This document shows positions 39,334 to 48,500 of a stretch of 64,000 nt of DNA, piece by piece (within the stretch, counting starts at the first letter, position 1; every line of letters starts with the position of its first letter). The notes below the pieces were generated by a model. That model was not told where the DNA came from, ran no database searches, and saw nothing but the letters and a program-made list of their open reading frames with translations. A program made the position numbers and the translations under genes. Source of the DNA: an uncultured Verrucomicrobiota bacterium (GTDB taxonomy: Bacteria > Verrucomicrobiota > Verrucomicrobiia > Limisphaerales > MWDV01); assembly GCA_964548925.1 (NCBI GenBank), contig CAZJTM010000001.1, forward strand, positions 23,826-87,825, written 5' to 3'.

Positions 39334-39722
39334 GCGGCGGAGACATGTCGCGGGATCACCGAATACGGTGATCCGTTCCAAGCGTGTCCACGACGACGCT
39401 TTGCGCCGCCGAACGCGCGCGGTCGAACCCTTGCGCCAAGCCCGGCGCGGGCAGTTGGGTGTTCGCTGTGGTTGCCGTCATGTGGATGGCGGGCAAGCAT
39501 AGGGGCATTTCCAGTCAATGCAAACGCCCGGCCAACCGGTCCCGCGCGGGTCACACGAGCCGCACGGGTGCCCCGTTGAACGGCAGCCCGTGGCCCGATG
39601 TGCCGGAGGCGCGGAGTCAATTCTCCCGCCTTTCGTCTAATAAACCGCCGCGCCGCGTGTCAGGATGATTGGAACAATGTCCTTTGCGGACCAACGCGCC
39701 GGGCGGATACAGTGAGCCAAGC

Positions 39723-40280
39723 ATGGCGGTGATGCCAACAGACCAGGCCAAAGCGGAATCGCCCGGTGGGGGAACGATTCAGGAGCTGTTTGCAGCCCTC
39801 GAAGCGCCGCTGCTCCATTACGCCCTGCGGCTCACCGGCGAGCGCGGCCCCGCGGAGGACATGGTTCAGGAAGCATTCATGAAACTCCACGCCCAGTTTG
39901 AGGAAGTGCGCGAGCCGAAACGCTGGCTCTACCGCACCGTCCACAACCTGGCCCTCAACCACCGCCGCGACGCCGCGAAAGTGGTTTCACTGAACCTCTC
40001 TGACCAGTCCGACCTGCCAGACTCATCCGACCCGTCCGACCCCCAGCCCCTCCCCGATGAACAAATCGCCCGTTGGGAGAGCATTGGCCTGGTGCGGCTC
40101 AGTCTGGAGACTTTGGACCCACGCAGCCGCGAACTGATCCGACTCAAGTTCAACGACGAACTCTCCTACCAACAAATCAGCGAGCGCACCGGCCTCAAGA
40201 CCGGCCACGTGGGCTACCTCCTGCACCACGCGCTCAAAACCATCGCCGCCGAACTGGCGAAAACGGGAGTCGTGCCATGA
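39723..40280 (+). CDS. ECF-type RNA polymerase sigma factor (sigma-70 regions 2 and 4)
   Basis: LLHYALRLTGERGPAEDMVQEAFMKLHAQ...WLYRTVHNLALNHRRD (region 2) and LRLKFNDELSYQQISERTGLKTGHVGYLLHHALKTI (region 4 HTH). ATG 39723. Confidence 0.88.
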   Translation: MAVMPTDQAKAESPGGGTIQELFAALEAPLLHYALRLTGERGPAEDMVQEAFMKLHAQFEEVREPKRWLYRTVHNLALNHRRDAAKVVSLNLSDQSDLPDSSDPSDPQPLPDEQIARWESIGLVRLSLETLDPRSRELIRLKFNDELSYQQISERTGLKTGHVGYLLHHALKTIAAELAKTGVVP

Positions 40281-40286
40281 AGAAGT

Positions 40287-40314
40287 GCGAACTGCGAAGT
40301 GCGAAGTGCGAAGT
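40287..40314. repeat. Heptanucleotide tandem array (4 x GCGAA(G/C)T), intergenic
   Basis: gcgaact|gcgaagt|gcgaagt|gcgaagt, immediately 5' of the family-A hairpin arm. Confidence 0.85.
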
Positions 40315-40319
40315 CACTC

Positions 40320-40459
40320 GTAGGACAGGCTTCCAGCCTGTCTCCATATTCGCCCTCTCCAGCCTCTCGCCGCAAAACGACCGACCGACAACTCGTCCCA
40401 GCGCGGCCCCGGTGAGGCGTCCCGACGCAAATTTGAGACAGGCTGGAAGCCTGTCCTAC
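40320..40459. repeat. Family-A palindromic element between the ECF sigma and anti-sigma genes
   Basis: gtaggacaggcttccagcctgtctcc (40320-40345), identical to the arm at 15834, and the perfect inverted copy gagacaggctggaagcctgtcctac (40435-40459). The loop is 89 nt. Confidence 0.9.
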
Positions 40460-40485
40460 GCACTGGTCTTTCGGCTTTCACGCTT

Positions 40486-40524
40486 CGGATTTGTTTCGGA
40501 TTTCGGATTTCGGATTTCGGATTT
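40486..40524. repeat. Heptanucleotide tandem array (5 x CGGATTT), intergenic
   Basis: cggattt gttt cggattt cggattt cggattt cggattt. It ends 15 nt before the anti-sigma ATG, and the GGGAGG SD lies between. Confidence 0.9.
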
Positions 40525-40539
40525 GCCGGGAGGCTACGC

Positions 40540-43500
40540 ATGAACCCGGAATCACCAAAGACACCTCGCGAAGCATTGGAGGCCCGCCTCACGGCGCTGC
40601 TGTTGAGCGAACTGTCCGCTGACGAAGCCGCGGCCGTCCGCCGCGCGCTGGCCCAAGACGCCGAACTCGCAAAGCTCCACGACCGTCTGCAAGCCACCAT
40701 CGGCCTTGTCCGCGAAACCGTCACGACCCAGGCCGAACCTGCTGCCGAGCAACCGCCGCTCAGGCTTTCCGATGAACGCCGGGAGCAGCTCCTAGCACAC
40801 TTCAAGACCGTTCCCCTGCTCCCAAAACTGGAGAATACCCAGAAGGTGAAGCGTTCGTGGCTCATGCCGATGAGCGTGGCTGCGTCGCTGGTGGCGCTGT
40901 TGGCCATCGCGGGCCTCTTGTTGAATCCTCCGCGCATAATGGAGGGCGTCGGGTCAGACATTGCTCAGGACGCCTATAGCCAGCAACGCCCATATACTGG
41001 CGTAGTCGCGGACACATCTCCGCCACCTGAAGTGGCTCCAGCCCCGCGCCGCAGTTCATCCATCGTGTTGCCGCCACTCAATGAAACCGCCGCTGGCGCA
41101 TCCGTTGCCGCCGCTCCTACTCCAGCGCCCGCGCAACGGGCAAGTTCAACCACTGTTTTATCGAGCGAAGGCAGATCCGAGCCGGAGGCACTGGTCAATG
41201 GCGTGGCGGCTGTGGCAGCCCCAGTTGATCCGGAGGCCTCGGCGTCCTCCAATGCGGATGACGGCGAAGCGACGGTCATGTTCCAACGCAGGTATGGATC
41301 CGCGACTGAACATGGTTCCCGGCCCAATCCGTCTGTTCAGAACCCGTCTGCCGTGGCACAAGAGCGGGCAGGCAGGGCAAAACTGGCCGAAGCCAGGCAC
41401 ACCAGTGAAGATATGGAAAGGGTGGGAGTCTCGGAACGCTCGGCACAGGCGCAGTCACAGGAAAACCGCTTTCTGGGGCGTTACGCTTACGATGCCAAAC
41501 CAGCGGGCAACGACGCCTTCGCCGCTGCCAAACCTGATTCGTGGTATTTCGACAATGACGGCAAAAGCCAGAGTGATTTCTCCGTTCGGCAGGAGGGCCG
41601 ATCCCCCGCGCTTTGGGACGACAACTCCGCGATCCGCGGGTTCTACAGTGTTTCTGATTCGCAGGACTTGTTTGCCAAGGAGGCTGGAGCCAACCGCAGT
41701 CAGGCCGGGCAGATTCAGGACTTGGCTGCCAAAGGCCGGGTTGAAGTGACCGTTGGCCAGACGGTCACGGGCCTGCCGACGCAAGCTGGGGCTGGCGTTG
41801 TTGTTCCGGCCGGCGTGGCTCACGATGGCTTCTATGGTGGTTACGCAGTGAACGCTCCCACGCCAGCGGCAGGCGCGATCATCGCCATCCCCGATCCCGG
41901 ACCAGCTTCCTTCGAAACACCCGGCAAGGCGGCCGCCGACAAGACTTTCACTCTGGGTGACACGCCTGAACTCGGGAGACAATTCTACCGGCTTGCGGAA
42001 GGCGGTGGGGGCGGTGTCGGCGGTGCTCAAATTCAACCTCCACGCCCCTCCGCCTCGCCCGCACCGCAGGCAGATTCCGGTGTTGCTGGCGCCGCAACTG
42101 CCGCGACCAAACGGGTCGAGCTGGTCCCGTTTGCCCCCCAACTCCCGGCTCCCACCCTGAAAGGCACGCCGGAAGACCTGCCCAAGGGACCGAACCTCGA
42201 ACCACTGGGAACAAAACCCGACGGCACGGTCGTCCTTGGCCGGCCTGAGGCGGCGTCAGCGGCACCAGACCCTGAGCTGTATGCCGCTTTCCGTCGCAGG
42301 TACGGAGTCGCGTCCGCCGACAAACCGCTCGCGGAGAGTGTCGCCAAACAACCCGTGTCTGCCGCCAAAGCGCCTGCGCTTGAGGGAACAATGCCCAACT
42401 CGAGCGTCGCCGCTGTGGAGTCGCCTGCCTTGGGTGAGGCAAAGGAATCCCCGTCCAGGGCCGGCCGTGGCATCACGCCGCTGGCCAGCGCGAGGAGCGG
42501 AAACGAACCGACACTCAGCGCTGGAAACCTGAACCTCCAATGGGCGGACAAGCATCACCAAAAGCAAGGCGGCGTTTCTTTGACGGAGTCGGAACGGAAG
42601 CAAGTCGCTGAACTGCGGGAACGGTATCTCGCCAATGGCCGGGAACCCACCGAAGGCGGACGCATCGCCCCCGCAGAGGAGGTTCAGAGCATGGATGTTG
42701 ATGCAGCCACCGTGACGACCACCGCCGGGAAGGGCGTCGGCGGCGTTGCGGTGGATGAAGCCACCCGTGGACAGCGGTCCGCCATCGCCCTGCCAACGAC
42801 AGAAACGGGCGTCGCTTTGGGGGTCGAGCGCGCGAAGACCGAGGAGTTGGCGCGGGCGCGGATTGTGCCGGAGCGCCGGTTGGCCGGCGGTGCAAAGGCC
42901 GAACCAGCGGCATCCCGAAGCGCCAAGCCCACTCAGGGCAGCTCAATAAACTACGAGGTGGCCACGCTTGCCAAGCTCAAGGAGGTTTCGCAGCAAATCT
43001 GGACTGACTATGACTCCGATGGTTTCCCGGATGCCTTTGGAACCGTAAAAAAGCTCGTGCCAACGCAGGCGTCTTCCGCAAGCGACATTGACGCACCGCC
43101 CGTTCGCAAGGCTTCCACCAACGCCCCGATTCCGCAGCCCGAAGTCCAGACGAGCGACAACGCCTTCTCCACCTTCTCGCTCAACGTCAGCGACGTGGCA
43201 TTCAAGCTCGCTGCGGCCAGCCTGGAGAAGGGCCAGATGCCGGACGCGGCCTCTGTGCGCGCCGAGGAGTTCATCAACGCCTTCGATTACCGCGATCCCG
43301 AAGCGCCGCCGGGTGTGCCGATCGCGTTCGCGTGGGAGCGCGCGCGGTATCCGTTCGCGCACAACCGCGATCTGCTGCGGTTCTCGCTCAAGACTGCCGC
43401 GGCGGGCCGGCAGGCGGGGCGTCCGCTGAACCTCGTGCTGCTGCTCGACAATTCCGGCTCGATGGAACGCGCCGATCGGGTGCAGATCATCCGCGAGGCG

Positions 43501-44466
43501 TTGCGTGTGCTCGCCGGGCAGTTGCAGCCGCAGGACAAGCTCAGCGTCATCACTTTCGCCCGCACACCGCGCCTGTGGGTGGACGGCGTGGCGGGCGACA
43601 AGTCGGGCGAGGTGCTGGAACAAGTCAGCGGCCTCACGCCGCAGGGCGGCACGAATCTGGAAGAGGCGATGAACCTCGCCTACGCCACGGCGCTGCGGCA
43701 TTACCTTGCCGGCGGCATCAACCGTGTGGTGCTGCTCACCGACGGCGCGGCGAACCTCGGCAACGTCGAGCCCGAACCCCTCAAGCAGAAGGTCGAGGCG
43801 CATCGCAAACAGGGCATCGCGCTGGATTGCTTCGGCATCGGCTGGGAGGGGTTCAACGATGATTTGCTCGAAGTCCTCTCGCGCAACGGCGATGGCCGTT
43901 ACGGGTTCATCAACTCACCGGACGAAGCCGCCAACGAGTTCGCCGGCCAGCTCGCGGGCGCGCTCAAGGTCGCGGCGTCGGACGTGAAGGTGCAGGTGGA
44001 GTTCAACCCGAAGCGCGTCACGGCGTATCGGCAGATCGGCTACGCCAAACATCAGCTCACGAAGGAGCAGTTCCGCGACAACACCGTGGACGCCGCTGAA
44101 ATCGCCGCGCAGGAAGCTGGCAACGCGCTTTACACCGTGGAGGTGAATCCCGCTGGCGAGGGCCCACTCTGCATCGTGCGCTGCCGGTTCAAGATCCCCG
44201 GCACGACGGATTATCGCGAGCACGAGTGGGCCGTGCCTTACACCGGCAACGCCGTGTCGCTGGAGCAAGCCAGTCCGGCCATGCGCCTTGCCGCGAGTGC
44301 CAGCGCGTTTGCCGAGTGGCTGGTGGTGAGCCCGTTTGCCGCTGAAGTCACGCCGGATGCGTTACTCGGCTACTTGAACGGCGTGTCGGAAACCTATGGC
44401 GCCGATGCGCGCCCGAAGAAGCTGGAGTGGATGATCCGTCAGGCGAAGAGCATTGGAGGGAAATGA
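40540..44466 (+). CDS. Membrane-anchored anti-sigma-like protein with a long low-complexity spacer and a C-terminal YfbK-type von Willebrand factor A module
   Basis: N-terminal helix LEARLTALLLSELSADEAAAVRRALAQDAELAKLHDRL (anti-sigma style) and TM helix WLMPMSVAASLVALLAIAGLLL. About 700 aa of Ala/Pro/Gly/Ser-rich sequence follow. C-terminal part: DNAFSTFSLNVSDVAF...EEFINAFDY, then VWA with MIDAS LLLDNSGSM (DNSGS = 43447-43461), and ...TDGAANLG. Confidence 0.85.
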   Translation: MNPESPKTPREALEARLTALLLSELSADEAAAVRRALAQDAELAKLHDRLQATIGLVRETVTTQAEPAAEQPPLRLSDERREQLLAHFKTVPLLPKLENTQKVKRSWLMPMSVAASLVALLAIAGLLLNPPRIMEGVGSDIAQDAYSQQRPYTGVVADTSPPPEVAPAPRRSSSIVLPPLNETAAGASVAAAPTPAPAQRASSTTVLSSEGRSEPEALVNGVAAVAAPVDPEASASSNADDGEATVMFQRRYGSATEHGSRPNPSVQNPSAVAQERAGRAKLAEARHTSEDMERVGVSERSAQAQSQENRFLGRYAYDAKPAGNDAFAAAKPDSWYFDNDGKSQSDFSVRQEGRSPALWDDNSAIRGFYSVSDSQDLFAKEAGANRSQAGQIQDLAAKGRVEVTVGQTVTGLPTQAGAGVVVPAGVAHDGFYGGYAVNAPTPAAGAIIAIPDPGPASFETPGKAAADKTFTLGDTPELGRQFYRLAEGGGGGVGGAQIQPPRPSASPAPQADSGVAGAATAATKRVELVPFAPQLPAPTLKGTPEDLPKGPNLEPLGTKPDGTVVLGRPEAASAAPDPELYAAFRRRYGVASADKPLAESVAKQPVSAAKAPALEGTMPNSSVAAVESPALGEAKESPSRAGRGITPLASARSGNEPTLSAGNLNLQWADKHHQKQGGVSLTESERKQVAELRERYLANGREPTEGGRIAPAEEVQSMDVDAATVTTTAGKGVGGVAVDEATRGQRSAIALPTTETGVALGVERAKTEELARARIVPERRLAGGAKAEPAASRSAKPTQGSSINYEVATLAKLKEVSQQIWTDYDSDGFPDAFGTVKKLVPTQASSASDIDAPPVRKASTNAPIPQPEVQTSDNAFSTFSLNVSDVAFKLAAASLEKGQMPDAASVRAEEFINAFDYRDPEAPPGVPIAFAWERARYPFAHNRDLLRFSLKTAAAGRQAGRPLNLVLLLDNSGSMERADRVQIIREALRVLAGQLQPQDKLSVITFARTPRLWVDGVAGDKSGEVLEQVSGLTPQGGTNLEEAMNLAYATALRHYLAGGINRVVLLTDGAANLGNVEPEPLKQKVEAHRKQGIALDCFGIGWEGFNDDLLEVLSRNGDGRYGFINSPDEAANEFAGQLAGALKVAASDVKVQVEFNPKRVTAYRQIGYAKHQLTKEQFRDNTVDAAEIAAQEAGNALYTVEVNPAGEGPLCIVRCRFKIPGTTDYREHEWAVPYTGNAVSLEQASPAMRLAASASAFAEWLVVSPFAAEVTPDALLGYLNGVSETYGADARPKKLEWMIRQAKSIGGK

Positions 44467-44478
44467 AAGCCGGAATCA

Positions 44479-44507
44479 AACCGCAGAGACGCGACAGGCG
44501 CAGAGAA
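44479..44507. repeat. Family-E repeat arm (AACCGCAGAGACGCGACAGGCGCAGAGAA), single copy 3' of the GxxExxY cassette
   Basis: One mismatch to the reverse complement of the arm at 45513-45541. Confidence 0.85.
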
Positions 44508-44555
44508 GGCACAGGCAGAACCTCCGCATACATCGCGCCGTTGCGGCTGAGCCCA

Positions 44556-45434
44556 TCAGCCGACCGCTGGCTTCGCGGATTTGCGAGAGAGAACAAGTCG
44601 GCGGATGCCGTGAGTGAGCCGGAGAGCATTGAAGTTGATCAGCAAGCCGAGCGGCCAGCCGCCGAGCCGGAGCTGGCTCAACACCTCGGCCTCGTGGACC
44701 GCGCGAACTTCAGCGAGTGCGCGTGGGTGGACCACGATGCGGCCCGCCACCAGCAGCTCCACCTCGTCCGGCTCTGGCAGGACGATGCCCTTGTAGCTCA
44801 GCGGGAGCGATTGTTTGCGCACAAACGGAACGCCGCGCAGATGCAATTCGTGGCAGAGACAGATCTCGTACGTGGACGGCAACAGTCCCGGGCCCAACTC
44901 CCGGAAGACCTCGGCGGCCGCGGCGAGCACTTGATCGGCCACGGCTTCCGTTTCGGCATCGCCGCAGTTCGCGGCGCATGCAGGGGCCGCACACTCGGAT
45001 CCAGCAGCGATCACTCTCTGCGTTTGTTGCATCTCTGCTGTTTCTCTCCCATCCTCCTCAAACCCCACCACCAACCGTTCAAGCCCGTCCTTCAACACCG
45101 CGGCATTGAAGTTGAGCAACAGGGCCAGTTTCCAGCCTCCCAGCTTCAGATAGGTAAGGACCTGCGCCCGATGCACCGGGTTCAACAACTCCACCGACTT
45201 CACTTCCAACACAACGGCCTGCTCAACGAGTACGTCGAGCCGATAACCACACTCCAACTTTACCCCCTTGTAGATGACGGGCACAGGCCTTTGAACCTGA
45301 TGCGCCAAGCCGCGGAGCGAAAGCTCATGAGCGAGGGCGTGTTCGTAAGCCGCCTCCGCTTTGCCGGGACCGAGTTCCCGGTGAACCTCAATGCCAGCGC
45401 CAATGATCTCGTGTGTGAGTTCGTTGGGTTTCAT
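44556..45434 (-). CDS. Tandem fusion of two GxxExxY-family (PD-(D/E)XK nuclease-fold) units
   Basis: Unit 1: IIGAGIEVHRELGPGKAEAAYEHALAHEL...YRLDVLVEQAVVLEVKSV. Unit 2: AAAAEVFRELGPGLLPSTYEICLCHEL...DEVELLVAGRIVVHPRAL (motif residues substituted). Single 292-aa ORF. The linker RETAEMQQTQR is encoded by a repeat arm (45014-45042). Confidence 0.8.
   Translation of the reverse strand: MKPNELTHEIIGAGIEVHRELGPGKAEAAYEHALAHELSLRGLAHQVQRPVPVIYKGVKLECGYRLDVLVEQAVVLEVKSVELLNPVHRAQVLTYLKLGGWKLALLLNFNAAVLKDGLERLVVGFEEDGRETAEMQQTQRVIAAGSECAAPACAANCGDAETEAVADQVLAAAAEVFRELGPGLLPSTYEICLCHELHLRGVPFVRKQSLPLSYKGIVLPEPDEVELLVAGRIVVHPRALAEVRAVHEAEVLSQLRLGGWPLGLLINFNALRLTHGIRRLVLSRKSAKPAVG
45014..45042. repeat. 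Family-E repeat arm (reverse orientation) forming the linker between the two GxxExxY units
   Basis: ctctctgcgtttgttgcatctctgctgtt matches 24 of 29 positions of ttctctgcgtctgtcgcgtctctgcggtt (45513-45541). Confidence 0.7.
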
Positions 45435-45467
45435 GGGCGCAGACTAGCTCCAGGGCAGGGCTTCGTA

Positions 45468-45541
45468 AACCGCAGAGACGCGATGAACGCGGAGAAGATG
45501 AGGGGTCGTGTTTTCTCTGCGTCTGTCGCGTCTCTGCGGTT
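45468..45541. repeat. Family-E palindromic hairpin element, intergenic (5' of the GxxExxY cassette, 28 nt before the giant ORF)
   Basis: aaccgcagagacgcgatgaacgcggagaa (45468-45496) and ttctctgcgtctgtcgcgtctctgcggtt (45513-45541). 29-nt inverted arms with a 16-nt loop. Confidence 0.9.
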
Positions 45542-45569
45542 GAAGGGCTGATCACATCACCAGCATGTT

Positions 45570-48500
45570 ATGAAAACTCGTCTCGCTGTCTTCCTGAGTT
45601 ACCTCGCGCTGATCGCTCGCGCGGTTGCAGGAGCGGAACCACCTGCTTCGACAAACCAACAGCTCCCCGCCGTCACGCTGCAAGACTTCAAACTGGTCGG
45701 CGACCTCAAGGATGATCGGGCGTCCTTCACGCTCACGGCCAACGCCAAAGTGGAGAACTCCAAAGGCGGCTCACTAGAACTGCTCTCCGGCACCGTTGCG
45801 TTGACGGGTGTGAACACAAATCCCAAGTGGCGCGTGCGCGTCGAGCAAGGGCGGTTCGTGCTGACATTCGACCGCAGCGGCACGTTCCCGATCCAAATCA
45901 AGTTCGACGCCGCCGTGCGCCAAAGCGACGGTTGGAGCGCAGTGGATTTTCGTATTGCGCCGAGCGCGCTTCAGCCGGTCACGTTGCAAGGCTTGGCCGA
46001 GGATACACAGTTCCAGTTCGTCGGCGCGGCGCGGCCCGAGCGCAAGGGCAGCGACTTCGTGAGCTATTTGCCGTCTGACGGCTCGGTGAAGCTTTCGTGG
46101 AAGGCCGCGCGCACTGAAGCCGAGGGCAAACTGTTCTACGCCGCGGAAATGCTGTCGCAAATCAGCGTCAGCCCCGGGCTCATGCGGCAGGTGGCGCTGC
46201 TCGACGGCAAGATCATGCAAGGCGAGATGACGCGGCTCGCGCTGCTCCTGCGGGGTGCGGGCGAAGTCACCCGGGTGCAGGGCGAGGCGGTATTGGCGTG
46301 GAAAGTGGAGAACCTCCACACTCTGCAAAGTGTGGAAGCACCCCCTCCGGCTTCTTCCGAGCGGCGACTCATTGTCCAATTCAACCAGCCACAGAAAGCC
46401 GGCTTTGCACTCCAGGTGCAGATGCAGACCCCGCTGGACGCTTTTCCGCAGTCAGTGGAGGCGCTGCAAGTCCACCCCGAAGGCGCCACGCGCTTTGCCG
46501 GCTGCTACCGCGTTGTGAACGACGGCGCGGTGCGGCTCGAAGTCGCGCAAGCCAGCGGGCTCTCGCAGATTTCGCCGGAGCAATTCCCCGAGACCGACGC
46601 GACCAAGGCAGCCTTCCGCGCGGGCGGCAGCCAGCGGTTTGCCTACCGCTTTTCCGGGGCAGATCACGCGCTGCGGATTCAGGCGGACCAAGTCCAACCC
46701 GAGGTCGGCGTCTCGCAGGTGCTGGCCTACCATCTCGGCGAGAATGAACAGGCGATTGATTCCGAATTCGAGTTGGACATCCGCGAAGCGCCTTTGCGCG
46801 AGCTGCTGCTTCGCGTGCCGAAGGGCTACGCCATTGCGCGCTTGAACGCCTCGGGGCTGAGCGATTATTTCCTGAGCGAACCCCTCACCCCGTCCCTCTC
46901 CCCATCGGATGCGGAGAGGGTGGCCGAAGGCCGGGTGAGGGGCGACTTCGACCAAAATGAGCTCCGCCTCGTGTTTGGCCAACCCATCTCCGGCAGGCAG
47001 GTCGTTCAACTGCGACTGGAGCGCAATGCCGCCTTGGGCCAAGCCACTTGGACGCTGCCACGCCTCGAAGTCAGCCAGGCGAAATCCGTGCGCGGCCACA
47101 TCGCGGTGTCGGCGGAGGCGGGCTTTCGCCTGACCGCGGAGCGCACGCACGCCTTGACGGAAATCGCCACCGCGTTCTTCCCGCGCAAGGTGGCCGGCAT
47201 TCAATCCGCTTTCCGCCTGAGCGAGGCGGCGTGGGACGCCACGATGCGCGTGGAGCGGTTGCCGCAGACCGTGCAAGCCGACGCGCTGCATCTTTTCTCC
47301 ATCGGCGAAGGCATCGCTTACGGCAGCAGCCTGATCAACTACGTCATCTCCGGCGCGCCGGTGGCGCTGTTCCGTGTCGAACTGTCCGAGGAATACCCCA
47401 GCGTCGAGTTCACCGGGAAGGACATCCGCGGTTACCAGAGGACCACCAACGGCTACGTGGTGCAGTTGCACACGCCGGTCTCCGGCGCTTACACGCTGCT
47501 GGCGACCTACGAGCGCCCCTTCAAACGGCAGGGCGAGACGCTCGCGTTCACCGGCGCCCGCCCGCTGGACGCGCAATCCGAGCAGGGCCACACGCTGGTC
47601 ATCAGCGCGTATCAGTTCGACGTGAAGCGGGCGCAGGTTTCACCGAACCTGCTGCCGCTCGAAACCGGCGAGGTGCCGCCGGAATACCGGCTGTTTTTTG
47701 ACGCGCCCATCCTCGCGGCATTCCGCTACACGTCACGTCCATTCGCTCTGCAGCTTGCCCTCAGTCCGCTGGCACAAGGCGATTCCCTGAGCCAGATCGT
47801 GGACCGCGCGTCACTGGTCACGCGCATCTCGAAGGAAGGCCAGGTGCTCACGGACGCGAGCTACCTCGTAAAAAGCCGCGGCAATCCGAACTTCCGCCTC
47901 ACGCTGCCCGCGGGGACGGAGCTTTGGTCCGCCACGGTGAACGGGGCATCGGTCGTGCCGGTGAAGGACAAGGACGCGAATCTCATCCCGCTGCCGCAGC
48001 GCGCGGATCCGAACGCCGTGCTGAAGCTCGATCTGAAGCTCGCCGCGAAATCGGCCAACGCGTCGCGGGTGAAAGTCGCAGCCCCGATTGTCAATGCGCC
48101 GGTCATGCTGGCGGAATGGAAACTGTCGCCCGATGCGGGCCAACGTCTGGTCTATCGCTCCGGGTCGCTCACGCCGGCGGGCGGCGTGCCGGATGTGTCG
48201 GGCTTTGCCGGCTTGACGCGCTTGTTCACCGGCCGGCATCAAAGCGAAGCGCTGGTAGCATTGCTGGCGGGCTTGGCGTTACTGGCGGTGGGGAGCATCG
48301 TCTGGCGGTGGACGTGCCAGGACGGGGTGGTGAAGTTCAGCGCTCGATACTTCTGCGGCGTGACCCTGGGCCTGGTTGCGCTGGGATTGTCGGTCGTGGC
48401 GTTCATCAATCTCGCCGATCTGGCCGAGCGACAACAATGTTACCCGCCAAACGACGTGACTTTCCTGGCGCCGGTGCAACAGCCAAACAGCGAGCTGAGC

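Noticed and set aside
37126-39579. 817-aa plus-strand ORF
   Set aside because: It is antisense to the Ser/Thr kinase-AAA gene, which has unambiguous kinase motifs.
40282-40524. Possible CRISPR array (many short repeats)
   Set aside because: The repeats are 7-nt tandem units and long inverted arms, not direct repeats of 25-40 nt with unique spacers of similar size. There are no cas genes in the window.
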